DNA of 32,000 bases from Mycobacterium tuberculosis H37Rv (GTDB lineage Bacteria; Actinomycetota; Actinomycetes; Mycobacteriales; Mycobacteriaceae). The notes beneath the pieces were generated by a model. It saw only the letters and a program-made list of their open reading frames with translations, searched no databases and was not told the origin of the DNA. The stretch is taken from positions 750,001 to 782,000 of the forward strand of contig NC_000962.3 in the NCBI RefSeq assembly GCF_000195955.2, read 5' to 3'. How positions within the stretch are numbered: position 1 is the first letter of the stretch; each line of letters begins with the position of its first letter. The translations under genes were made by a program, and so were the position numbers. Positions 21,450-30,720 of the stretch are shown one piece after another.

Positions 21450-21477
21450 TTGTGCAGTTGTAGAAAAAACGTAACAT
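21450..21477 (+). promoter_or_regulatory. Candidate fadE8 promoter with leaderless geometry (TTGTGC-N16-TAACAT)
   Basis: TTGTGC at 21450-21455, a 16-nt spacer, then TAACAT at 21472-21477, then exactly 6 nt to the A of ATG 21484. Local AT-rich patch. No clear Shine-Dalgarno sequence. Confidence 0.4.
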
Positions 21478-21483
21478 GGTGGC

Positions 21484-23112
21484 ATGTCAGATACGCATGT
21501 CGTCACCAACCAGGTTCCGCCCTTGGAGAACTACAATCCCGCGTCATCCCCGGTGCTCATCGAGGCTCTGATCCAGGAGGGTGGCCAGTGGGGCCTGGAT
21601 GAAGTAAACGAGGTCGGGGCAATTTCTGCCAGCTGCCAAGCCCAACGCTGGGGAGAGCTTGCAGACCGCAACCGGCCCATCCTGCATACCCACGACGCTT
21701 ACGGGTACCGGGTCGATGAGGTGGAGTACGACCCGGCCTACCACGAGCTGATGCGTACCGCGATCACCCATGGCATGCACGCCGCACCGTGGGCTGACGA
21801 CCGCCCGGGTGCGCACGTGGTGCGAGCGGCCAAGACATCGGTGTGGACCGTCGAGCCGGGCCATATCTGCCCCATCTCGATGACCTACGCCGTCGTTCCG
21901 GCGCTGCGGTATAACTCCGAGCTGGCTGCGGTCTACGAGCCGCTGCTGACCAGTCGTGAGTACGACCCGGAGCTGAAGCCGGCGACCACGAAGGCCGGCA
22001 TCACCGCCGGCATGTCGATGACCGAGAAGCAGGGTGGCTCCGACGTGCGCGCTGGCACCACCCAGGCGACCCCGAATGCGGACGGCAGCTACAGCTTGAC
22101 CGGCCACAAGTGGTTCACTTCGGCGCCGATGTGCGACATCTTCCTGGTGCTCGCGCAGGCACCGGACGGGCTGTCGTGCTTCCTGCTGCCGCGGGTGCTG
22201 CCCGACGGCACCCGCAACCGAATGTTCTTGCAGCGGCTCAAGGACAAGCTCGGCAACCACGCAAACGCCTCGAGCGAGGTCGAATACGACGGTGCCGTCG
22301 CGTGGCTGGTGGGCGAGGAGGGCCGCGGCGTGCCGACCATCATCGAGATGGTCAACCTCACCCGGCTGGACTGCGCTCTGGGCAGTGCCACCAGCATGCG
22401 CACCGGCCTAACCCGCGCCGTCCACCATGCCCAGCATCGGAAGGCGTTCGGCGCCTACCTGATCGACCAGCCGTTGATGCGCAACGTGCTGGCCGACCTG
22501 GCGGTGGAGGCCGAGGCCGCCACCATCGTGGCAATGCGGATGGCCGGTGCCACCGACAACGCGGTGCGCGGGAACGAGACCGAAGCGCTGCTGCGTCGCA
22601 TCGGCCTGGCGGCCGCCAAGTACTGGGTGTGCAAGCGCTCCACCGCTCACGCCGCCGAAGCGCTGGAGTGCCTGGGCGGCAACGGTTATGTCGAGGATTC
22701 CGGGATGCCCCGGCTCTACCGGGAGGCGCCGTTGATGGGCATCTGGGAGGGCTCGGGCAATGTCAGCGCGCTAGATACCTTGCGCGCCATGGCAACCCGG
22801 CCCGCATGCGTCGAGGTGCTGTTTGACGAGCTGGCCCGCAGCGCAGGCCAGGACCCCAGGCTGGACGGCCACGTCGAAAGGCTGCGTCCGCAGCTGGGCG
22901 ATCTTGACACGATCGGTTATCGAGCCCGCAAGATTGCCGAAGACATCTGCCTGGCGTTGCAGGGATCGTTGTTGGTGCGCCACGGACATCCCGCCGTCGC
23001 CGAGGCGTTTCTGGCCACTCGGCTCGGCGGCCAGTGGGGCGGAGCGTACGGCACCATGCCGGCCGGTCTGGATCTCGCGCCCATCCTCGAGCGTGCGCTG
23101 GTAAAAGGCTGA
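21484..23112 (+). CDS. fadE8: Acyl-CoA dehydrogenase, AidB-like subgroup
   Basis: 542-aa ORF. The N-terminal VTNQVPPLENYN... and the overall length are typical of AidB-type ACADs. It also has GMSMTEKQGGSDV and a C-terminal catalytic region (YREAPLMGIWEGSGN). Confidence 0.9.
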   Translation: MSDTHVVTNQVPPLENYNPASSPVLIEALIQEGGQWGLDEVNEVGAISASCQAQRWGELADRNRPILHTHDAYGYRVDEVEYDPAYHELMRTAITHGMHAAPWADDRPGAHVVRAAKTSVWTVEPGHICPISMTYAVVPALRYNSELAAVYEPLLTSREYDPELKPATTKAGITAGMSMTEKQGGSDVRAGTTQATPNADGSYSLTGHKWFTSAPMCDIFLVLAQAPDGLSCFLLPRVLPDGTRNRMFLQRLKDKLGNHANASSEVEYDGAVAWLVGEEGRGVPTIIEMVNLTRLDCALGSATSMRTGLTRAVHHAQHRKAFGAYLIDQPLMRNVLADLAVEAEAATIVAMRMAGATDNAVRGNETEALLRRIGLAAAKYWVCKRSTAHAAEALECLGGNGYVEDSGMPRLYREAPLMGIWEGSGNVSALDTLRAMATRPACVEVLFDELARSAGQDPRLDGHVERLRPQLGDLDTIGYRARKIAEDICLALQGSLLVRHGHPAVAEAFLATRLGGQWGGAYGTMPAGLDLAPILERALVKG

Positions 23113-23122
23113 GCGGCCGCTG

Positions 23123-24061
23123 ATGACACACGCGATCAGGCCGGTCGATTTCGACAACCTGAAGACGATGACCTATGAGGTCACCGGTCGGATTGCGCGG
23201 ATCACCTTCAACCGGCCGGAGAAGGGCAACGCGATCATCGCAGACACCCCGCTGGAGTTGTCTGCTCTGGTGGAGCGTGCCGATCTGGATCCAGGCGTGC
23301 ATGTCATTCTGGTGTCCGGTCGCGGCGAGGGATTCTGTGCCGGCTTCGACCTGTCCGCCTACGCCGAGGGGTCGTCGTCGACCGGGGGCGGCGGCGCATA
23401 CCAAGGCACGGTGCTAGATGGCAAGACCCAGGCCGTCAACCACCTACCGAACCAGCCGTGGGACCCGATGATCGACTACCAGATGATGAGCCGGTTCGTG
23501 CGCGGATTCGCCAGTCTGATGCATGCCGACAAGCCGACGGTGGTCAAGATCCACGGCTACTGCGTGGCCGGCGGCACCGACATCGCGCTGCACGCCGATC
23601 AGGTGATCGCCGCCGCCGACGCCAAGATCGGCTACCCGCCCACCCGGGTGTGGGGGGTGCCGGCGGCGGGCCTGTGGGCGCACCGGCTCGGCGACCAGCG
23701 GGCCAAACGGCTGCTGTTCACCGGCGATTGCATCACCGGCGCGCAGGCCGCCGAGTGGGGCCTGGCGGTCGAGGCGCCGGAGCCGGCTGACCTCGACGAG
23801 CGGACCGAGCGACTGGTGGCCCGGATCGCCGCACTGCCGGTCAATCAATTGATCATGGTCAAGCTCGCGCTCAATTCCGCTCTGCTGCAACAGGGTGTGG
23901 CCACCAGCAGGATGGTCAGCACCGTGTTCGACGGCGCCGCTCGGCACACACCCGAGGGGCACGCGTTTGTCGCCGACGCGGTCGAGCACGGCTTCCGGGA
24001 TGCGGTGCGGCGCCGTGACGAGCCGTTTGGCGACTACGGCCGTCAAGCATCGCGGGTGTAA
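23123..24061 (+). CDS. echA4: Enoyl-CoA hydratase/isomerase (crotonase) family protein
   Basis: 312-aa ORF with crotonase blocks ITFNRPEKGNA, FCAGFDL and GYCVAGGTDIAL. Starts 10 nt after fadE8. Confidence 0.88.
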   Translation: MTHAIRPVDFDNLKTMTYEVTGRIARITFNRPEKGNAIIADTPLELSALVERADLDPGVHVILVSGRGEGFCAGFDLSAYAEGSSSTGGGGAYQGTVLDGKTQAVNHLPNQPWDPMIDYQMMSRFVRGFASLMHADKPTVVKIHGYCVAGGTDIALHADQVIAAADAKIGYPPTRVWGVPAAGLWAHRLGDQRAKRLLFTGDCITGAQAAEWGLAVEAPEPADLDERTERLVARIAALPVNQLIMVKLALNSALLQQGVATSRMVSTVFDGAARHTPEGHAFVADAVEHGFRDAVRRRDEPFGDYGRQASRV

Positions 24062-24063
24062 CC

Positions 24064-24786
24064 ATGCCGGCCATGACCGCCCGTTCGGTGGTACTCAGCG
24101 TGCTGCTCGGTGCTCATCCCGCGTGGGCCACCGCAAGCGAATTGATCCAGCTGACAGCGGATTTCGGTATCAAGGAGACGACGTTGCGGGTCGCGCTGAC
24201 CCGCATGGTCGGTGCCGGGGATCTGGTCCGGTCCGCGGACGGCTACCGGCTCTCGGATCGGTTGCTGGCCCGCCAGCGCCGACAAGATGAGGCCATGCGC
24301 CCACGGACCCGCGCTTGGCACGGAAACTGGCACATGCTGATTGTCACCAGCATCGGCACCGATGCTCGTACCCGGGCCGCACTGCGAACCTGCATGCACC
24401 ACAAGCGTTTCGGTGAATTGCGGGAAGGGGTGTGGATGCGGCCGGACAATCTCGACCTCGACTTGGAGTCCGACGTTGCGGCCCGGGTTAGGATGCTGAC
24501 GGCCCGCGACGAGGCCCCCGCCGACTTGGCCGGGCAGCTGTGGGATCTGTCGGGGTGGACCGAGGCCGGCCACCGGTTGCTCGGCGACATGGCAGCGGCC
24601 ACCGACATGCCCGGGCGATTTGTGGTGGCTGCGGCGATGGTGCGCCACCTGCTCACCGATCCGATGTTGCCCGCTGAACTGTTGCCCGCCGACTGGCCGG
24701 GCGCCGGGTTACGGGCGGCGTACCACGACTTCGCCACTGCAATGGCGAAACGACGCGATGCAACTCAACTCCTGGAGGTGACATGA
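24064..24786 (+). CDS. PaaX-like transcriptional regulator (Rv0674-like)
   Basis: 240-aa ORF. N-terminal winged-helix block ARSVVLSVLLGAHP...LIQLTADFGIKETTLRVALTRMVGAGDL followed by W...WHMLIV is the PaaX-family layout. Starts 2 nt after echA4 and overlaps echA5 by 4 nt. Confidence 0.75.
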   Translation: MPAMTARSVVLSVLLGAHPAWATASELIQLTADFGIKETTLRVALTRMVGAGDLVRSADGYRLSDRLLARQRRQDEAMRPRTRAWHGNWHMLIVTSIGTDARTRAALRTCMHHKRFGELREGVWMRPDNLDLDLESDVAARVRMLTARDEAPADLAGQLWDLSGWTEAGHRLLGDMAAATDMPGRFVVAAAMVRHLLTDPMLPAELLPADWPGAGLRAAYHDFATAMAKRRDATQLLEVT

Positions 24787-25574
24787 GTGATCTGGTGCGT
24801 GTGGAGCGCAAAGGTCGGGTGACCACGGTGATTCTGAACCGGCCGGCCTCCCGCAACGCGGTCAACGGCCCGACCGCCGCGGCGTTGTGCGCGGCGTTCG
24901 AGCAATTCGACCGGGACGACGCCGCGTCGGTGGCCGTACTCTGGGGTGCGGGTGGAACCTTTTGTGCGGGAGCCGATTTGAAGGCCTTTGGCACACCGGA
25001 GGCCAACTCTGTGCACCGGACGGGTCCCGGCCCGATGGGGCCGTCACGAATGATGCTGTCCAAACCTGTGATCGCCGCCGTCAGCGGCTACGCCGTCGCC
25101 GGGGGGCTGGAATTGGCACTGTGGTGCGACCTGCGGGTGGCCGAGGAAGACGCCGTGTTCGGTGTGTTTTGCCGTCGCTGGGGGGTACCGCTCATCGACG
25201 GCGGCACCGTGCGACTGCCACGGCTGATCGGGCACAGCCGCGCGATGGACATGATCCTCACTGGCCGTGGGGTGCCGGCCGACGAAGCGCTGGCCATGGG
25301 GTTGGCCAATCGGGTGGTGCCCAAGGGTCAAGCCCGACAGGCGGCTGAGGAGTTGGCGGCGCAATTGGCCGCGCTGCCGCAGCAGTGTCTGCGATCGGAT
25401 CGGCTGTCGGCGCTGCACCAGTGGGGCCTGCCCGAGTCCGCGGCGCTCGACCTCGAGTTCGCCAGCATCGCGCGGGTGGCCGGCGAGGCGCTAGAGGGGG
25501 CGAGACGGTTCGCCGCGGGTGCCGGTCGGCATGGGGCCCCGGCACCTCGGGCCGAACAGGGCGACACGCTTTAG
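24783..25574 (+). CDS. echA5: Enoyl-CoA hydratase (crotonase family)
   Basis: 263-aa ORF with VILNRPASRNAV, FCAGADLK and GYAVAGGLELALWCDLR. Confidence 0.9.
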   Translation: MSDLVRVERKGRVTTVILNRPASRNAVNGPTAAALCAAFEQFDRDDAASVAVLWGAGGTFCAGADLKAFGTPEANSVHRTGPGPMGPSRMMLSKPVIAAVSGYAVAGGLELALWCDLRVAEEDAVFGVFCRRWGVPLIDGGTVRLPRLIGHSRAMDMILTGRGVPADEALAMGLANRVVPKGQARQAAEELAAQLAALPQQCLRSDRLSALHQWGLPESAALDLEFASIARVAGEALEGARRFAAGAGRHGAPAPRAEQGDTL

Positions 25575-25585
25575 GCGGGTACGGC

Positions 25586-28480
25586 TCAGACCAAGGCGAA
25601 GGTCCGTGCCGATGCCGGCGAGGGCCACGGCTGCGGAATGGGTCGTTGCCGGACAACCTGGGGCCACCAGAACCACTTTCCGAGGAGGGCCGCGATCGAC
25701 GGTGTCATGAACGACCGGACGATCAGGGTGTCGAAGAGCAGGCCCATACCGATGGTGGTGCCAACCTGGGCCATCACGGTCAGCTCGCTGACGGCAAACG
25801 ACATCATGGTGAAGGCAAACACCAGCCCGGCGGCGGTCACCACCGACCCGCTGCCACCCATCGCACGGATGATGCCGGTGTTGATTCCGGCGTGGATCTC
25901 CTCCTTGAGCCGGGCAACCAGCAGCAGGTTGTAGTCCGCGCCGACGGCCAGCAGGATGATGACCGCCATCGCCAACACCAACCAGTGCAGCTCGATACCC
26001 AGGATGTGTTGCCAGATCAGCACCGACAGCCCGAACGAGGCGCCCAGCGACAACACCACGGTGCCGACGATGACGGCGGCCGCGACGACGCTGCGGGTGG
26101 TGATCAGCATGATGATGAAGATCAGGCAGAGTGCGGAGATTCCGGCGATCATCAAGTCATAGGTGTTGCCGTCGGACAAGTCCTTGAACATCGCCGCGGT
26201 ACCGCCCAGGTAGATCGCGGATCCCTCCAACGGTGTGCCCTTGATGGCTTCCTTGGCGGCGGTCTTGATCTTGGCGATGCGCGCGATGCCCGCCTGGCTC
26301 ATCGGGTCGCCTTCGTGGCTGATGATGAACCGCACCGCGTGCCCGTCCGGCGAGAGGAACTGTTCCAGGCCGCGTTGGAAGTCGGGATTGTCGAAAACCT
26401 CGGGAGGCAGATAGAACGAGTCGTCGTTGCGCGAAGCATCAAAGGCTTCGCCCATCGCCGCCGAATCCTCCTGCATCGCGGCCATCTGATCCTGCAGCCC
26501 TTCCTGGGTGGAATGCATGCTCAGCATCTGCGCCTTCATGCTCTTCATGGTCTGGATCATCTCGGGCATCATCGCGGTCAGCTGGGGCATGAGCGTGTCC
26601 AGGCGCTGCATGAGCGGCAGCAGGTTGTTGATGTCTTCGGTCATGACGTCGATTCCGTCGAGGGTGTCGAACACCGACCGCAGCGACCAGCAGACCGGGA
26701 TGTCGTAGCAGTGCTTTTCCCAGTAGAAGTAGCTGCGGATGGGGCGGAAGAAATCGTCGAAATCCGCAATATGGTTGCGCAACTCCTCGACATCGACCAC
26801 CATCCCCGTCATCTGAATGACCATTTCGTGGGTGACATCGGCCATCTGCTGGGTGAGGCTGTGCATCCGCTCCATCTGGTCGATGTTGGACTGAATGTCG
26901 TTGACCTGCTCCAGCATCCTGGCCGTCAGGTCCTGGTTGTATTTCTCGGTCAGTTTCTGGCTGGTGCCCTGCATGCTGATCAGGAACGGGATTGAGGTGT
27001 GCTCGATCGGTTTGCCGTCCGGCCGGGTGATGGCCTGCACCCGGGATATCCCCTCCACGGCGAAAATGGCCTTGGCGATCTTGTTGATCACCAAAAAGTC
27101 GGCCGAATTACGCATGTCGTGGTCGCTTTCGACCATCAGCACCTCGGGGTTCATCCGGGCCTGGGAGAAATGGCGCTCCGCGGCCGCATAGCCTTCGTTG
27201 GCCGGTAGGTCGGCGGGCAGGTAGTTGCGGTCGTTGTAGTTGGTCCGGTAGCCCGGCAGGGTCAGCAGACCGACGAGCGCCAGGGCCACCGCACCGACCA
27301 GGATGGGGCCGGGCCAGCGGACGATGGCGGCCCCGACCTTGCGCCAGCCCCGCACCCGCGCCATCCGCTTGGGCTCGAGCAGCTTGCCGAACCGGCTCGT
27401 CACGGCGATTATCGCCGGGCCCAGGGTGAGTGCGGCGGCGACGACGATGACCATCCCGATCGCCAACGGCACACCGAGGGTCTGAAAGTACGGCAGTCGG
27501 GTGAAGCTCAGACAGAACGTGGCACCCGCGATGGTCAGACCCGAGCCCAGCACGACATGGGCGGTGCCGCCGAACATGGTGTAGTACGCCGACTCCCGGT
27601 CCTGGCCGAGCCCGCGTGCTTCCTGGTAGCGGCCGATCAGGAAGATGGCGTAGTCGGTGGCGGCCGCGATCGCCAGCACCACGAGCAGGTTGGTCGCGAA
27701 GGTCGAGAGCCCAATGATCCGGTGGAAACCGAGGAAAGCCACGCCCCCGCGGGTGGCGAGCAGCCCGAGCACCACCATCGTCAGCATGATCGCCGACGTG
27801 ATGATCGACCGGTAGACCAGCAGCAACATCACGATGATCACGGTGAACGTGACCGCCTCGATCACCTGCAGACTACGGTCGCCGGCCTGCTGCTGATCGG
27901 CGACCAGCGCGGCCGAACCGGTGACGTACACCTTGACACCGGGTGGCGGCGCAAGGCGCTCGACGATGGTCTTGACCGCTTCCACGGACTCGTTGGCCAG
28001 TGACTCGCCCTGATTGCCCGCGAGTTTCACCTGAACGTAGGCGGCCTTGCCGTCGCTGCTCTGGGCGCCGGTGGCGGTCAGTGGATCCCCCCAAAAGTCC
28101 TGCAAGGACTGGACGTGGGTGGTGTCGGCTTGCAGTCTGCCGATCATCTGGTCGTAAAACGCATGGGCGGCGTCACCGAGCGGCCGCTGGCCCTCCAGCA
28201 CGATCATCGCCGCGCTGTCGGAGTCTCCCTCCTCGAACACCTTGCCGATGTGTTTCATCGAGATCATCGACGGTGCCGCGTCGGGGCTCATCGACACCGC
28301 CTGTATCTGTCCGACCGTTTCCAGTTGCGGCACAGTGACGTTGAGGACGGCGATGGTGACCAACCACCCAAGGATGATCGGCACCGCGAAGGTACGGATC
28401 ATTCTGGGGATGAACGGTCGCGCCGCGTGCCTGTCGGGCGGGACGGAGCCCGTCGGCGCAGCTGTCCTTTGCACGATCAT
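25586..28480 (-). CDS. mmpL5: MmpL-family RND transporter MmpL5
   Basis: The ORF is open to 28645, but I call ATG 28480 (MIVQRTAAP..., 964 aa). That ATG overlaps the mmpS5 stop (ATGA at 28477-28480). The upstream 55 codons lie inside mmpS5 in another frame. 12-TM MMPL architecture. Confidence 0.93.
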
Positions 28481-28905
28481 GCGGATTTCACAAAGCAGTA
28501 GGTCAGGGCATCCACGCCGGTTGCGGTCCGCTCGTCCTTCACTTCGCCATCGACGGTGATTCGGCAGGTGATGGAAGTGCCGTCGCCTTGCGCGAGGATG
28601 TTGGGGGCCGCGGACGGCGCCGTGGTCTTCAAGGTGAGCGACCACGGCAGGGCTGCGCCGTCGATCCGCTGTGGCTTGGCGTCGAGGTCCAGGTAGTTGA
28701 TGTTGACGTAACTACCGGAGCCGGAAACTTCGTACTCCACCACCTTGGGGTCGAACGGCTCCGGGTCATCGGCGAAGACCTTCGGCGTCACCAAGATGCC
28801 TTCGGAACCAAAGAAAGTGCGGATCCGCTGCACCGTGAAGCCGGCGATGGCGACCACAACCAGGATGAGCAGCGGTATCCAGGCACGCTTGAGAGTTCCA
28901 ATCAT
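28477..28905 (-). CDS. mmpS5: MmpS-family accessory membrane protein MmpS5
   Basis: Start called at [23 protein letters not shown]... (142 aa): one N-terminal TM helix plus a conserved MmpS domain ending ...LTYCFVKSA. The 401-aa ORF-track extension runs antisense through Rv0678 and is rejected. Confidence 0.9.
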
Positions 28906-28944
28906 CGCCCTCCGCCTCTGCCGCATGAAGTTCACGCCGGTCTG

Positions 28945-28986
28945 GTGACGCATACCGAACGTCACAGATTTCAGAGTACAGTGAAA
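28945..28986. promoter_or_regulatory. Two operator-like palindromes in the 84-bp mmpS5/Rv0678 divergent intergenic region
   Basis: GTGACG-N9-CGTCAC (28945-28965) and TTTCA-N8-TGAAA centred on GTAC (28969-28986). The second overlaps a TACAGT -10-like hexamer (28977-28982) that ends 7 nt before GTG 28990. Confidence 0.5.
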
Positions 28987-28989
28987 CTT

Positions 28990-29487
28990 GTGAGCGTCAA
29001 CGACGGGGTCGATCAGATGGGCGCCGAGCCCGACATCATGGAATTCGTCGAACAGATGGGCGGCTATTTCGAGTCCAGGAGTTTGACTCGGTTGGCGGGT
29101 CGATTGTTGGGCTGGCTGCTGGTGTGTGATCCCGAGCGGCAGTCCTCGGAGGAACTGGCGACGGCGCTGGCGGCCAGCAGCGGGGGGATCAGCACCAATG
29201 CCCGGATGCTGATCCAATTTGGGTTCATTGAGCGGCTCGCGGTCGCCGGGGATCGGCGCACCTATTTCCGGTTGCGGCCCAACGCTTTCGCGGCTGGCGA
29301 GCGTGAACGCATCCGGGCAATGGCCGAACTGCAGGACCTGGCTGACGTGGGGCTGAGGGCGCTGGGCGACGCCCCGCCGCAGCGAAGCCGACGGCTGCGG
29401 GAGATGCGGGATCTGTTGGCATATATGGAGAACGTCGTCTCCGACGCCCTGGGGCGATACAGCCAGCGAACCGGAGAGGACGACTGA
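28990..29487 (+). CDS. mmpR5: MarR-family repressor of mmpS5-mmpL5 (Rv0678 / MmpR5)
   Basis: GTG 28990 gives 165 aa (VSVNDGVDQMGAEPDIMEFVEQMGGYFE...), a winged-helix MarR-like protein. It is divergent from mmpS5. The ORF is intact. Confidence 0.9.
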   Translation: MSVNDGVDQMGAEPDIMEFVEQMGGYFESRSLTRLAGRLLGWLLVCDPERQSSEELATALAASSGGISTNARMLIQFGFIERLAVAGDRRTYFRLRPNAFAAGERERIRAMAELQDLADVGLRALGDAPPQRSRRLREMRDLLAYMENVVSDALGRYSQRTGEDD

Positions 29488-29542
29488 TGAGCAACCTCGC
29501 AATCTGACCGAGGTGGCGAGCAAGACGGCGATTGGCCTGTGG

Positions 29543-30040
29543 TCACTCCTTGTTGATGCGGTTGCCCGCGCCGAGGTTATCGATTGTGGGGTCACCGTTT
29601 TTGTAGGTGACCGTGTTGTCCAGCCCAACAACAACGAGGCGCTCGTCGATCCTGTCGAAGGCGATCTTGTTGTTCGCACCACCGACGGTCACCGTTTCGC
29701 AGGTGCCGTTGACGGTCAGCGTGTTGTCCGAGCCGGCCACGTTCAGTGACTTGCCGTCAGCGCAGTCAAGGGTGGCGGTAGTCCCGATGGATCCGTAGGT
29801 CAGCATGTCACCGATCTGGATCGAAGCGGTTGTGGATTCTCCGGTCGTCACGGTCGGCGCCGCGGTCGGGCCGCTCGTCGCTGTCGTGGTGGTGGCGGTC
29901 GCGGGCGTCGTGGTAGCTGCCGGCGGGTTGGCAGTGGAACTGCAGCCGGCCAGCGGCAACGCTGCGGCAGCCAGCGCCAGAGCAAAGGTCGCCAACCGGG
30001 AGTGGGTAGCGCGATCGGCGCGCAACGGTTTCTCGACCAC
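29543..30040 (-). CDS. Thr-rich lipoprotein with C-terminal DUF3060 domain (Rv0679c-like)
   Basis: Lipobox LPLAGC, then a Thr/Pro/Ala linker (ANPPAATTTPATATTTTATSGPTAAPTVTT), then TLDCADGKSLNVAGSDNTLTVNGTCETVTVGGANNKI...NGDP. Confidence 0.88.
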   Translation of the reverse strand: MVEKPLRADRATHSRLATFALALAAAALPLAGCSSTANPPAATTTPATATTTTATSGPTAAPTVTTGESTTASIQIGDMLTYGSIGTTATLDCADGKSLNVAGSDNTLTVNGTCETVTVGGANNKIAFDRIDERLVVVGLDNTVTYKNGDPTIDNLGAGNRINKE

Positions 30041-30041
30041 C

Positions 30042-30416
30042 TCAGCCGACCCGCTGCAGTCGGTTTACCATTCCTAGTTCCCGGCCACGGTCCCAGATGA
30101 ACGGATCACCATTGCGGAAGAACACCGTTTCGTCCCAGCCGTAGACGGTGATGTCGTTGATGATCGTGTCGGCGACAACGGTGTTGGACGAGCCCATCAC
30201 GGTCACCGCCCAGCAGGTTCCCAGCGCGGTCACGATGTTCTGAGTGCCGTTGACCAACAAGGTGGATTCGTTGCAGTCCAGCGTCCGCTCGATGCCCTGC
30301 CCGGTGACATGGGTGTCGCCGTTCTTGGCGTGTGCGGCCGGCGGTGGGGCGGCCAAGGCGACAGCGATGGTGATGACACCGGCAGCCAGCGACGCGGCGA
30401 CGGTGTTCCACTTCAC
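30042..30416 (-). CDS. Secreted DUF3060-domain protein, paralogue of the downstream gene (Rv0680c-like)
   Basis: Sec-type signal ending AAHA. TLDCNESTLLVNGTQNIVTALGTCWAVTVMGSSNTV...NGDP aligns with the neighbouring protein. There is a 1-nt gap to the next gene. Confidence 0.88.
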   Translation of the reverse strand: MKWNTVAASLAAGVITIAVALAAPPPAAHAKNGDTHVTGQGIERTLDCNESTLLVNGTQNIVTALGTCWAVTVMGSSNTVVADTIINDITVYGWDETVFFRNGDPFIWDRGRELGMVNRLQRVG

Positions 30417-30720
30417 GGCGGGCCCCCCTTCGACTGGGCGGGTGATGCTTGACTGAGCCTTGGTCGGGCCTTGATTGAGCGTACGTGCATTCGCCCGGGC
30501 GACGACAGACCTGAGTGCATTTGCCGGGCAGGCACCCCGCGTCTGATGTCAGCTACTCCACAACCCGGTCGCTAGAGTCATTAGTTGGCCCTAACGTCCC
30601 CCGAAGACCGGTGCGGACCCAAAGCCGATCACCCCAACCGAAGGGCGAACCGCCATGGCAGCTCAGCCGCAAGCACCGTCAGCGGGCGGCCGCCCGCGCG
30701 CGGGGAAAGCGGTGAAGTCC

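Noticed and set aside
21544-22260. 238-aa minus-strand ORF, plus the 22110..22826 plus-strand ORF, inside fadE8
   Set aside because: They are out of frame or antisense within a well-supported acyl-CoA dehydrogenase gene, and their composition is low in complexity.
25575-25585. Only 11 bp between the convergent stops of echA5 and mmpL5, with no terminator hairpin
   Set aside because: This is a real observation, but there is nothing further to interpret from sequence alone. Convergent genes with minimal spacing are common in this genome.
25385-26995. 536-aa plus-strand ORF overlapping echA5 and antisense to mmpL5
   Set aside because: The translation is Gly/Arg/His/Asp-rich and featureless, while the opposite strand encodes an unmistakable MmpL transporter.
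29494-29514. Small hairpin ACCTCG-N9-CGAGGT between the convergent Rv0678 and the DUF3060 lipoprotein gene
   Set aside because: A 6-bp stem with a 9-nt loop and no T-tract is too weak to call a terminator.
28477-29682. 401-aa extension of mmpS5, the 1019-aa extension of mmpL5 (to 28645) and the 299-aa extension of Rv0678 (from 28588)
   Set aside because: The upstream extensions run through neighbouring genes on the opposite strand or in other frames and add only low-complexity sequence. The shorter starts give the canonical family N-termini and the ATGA coupling.
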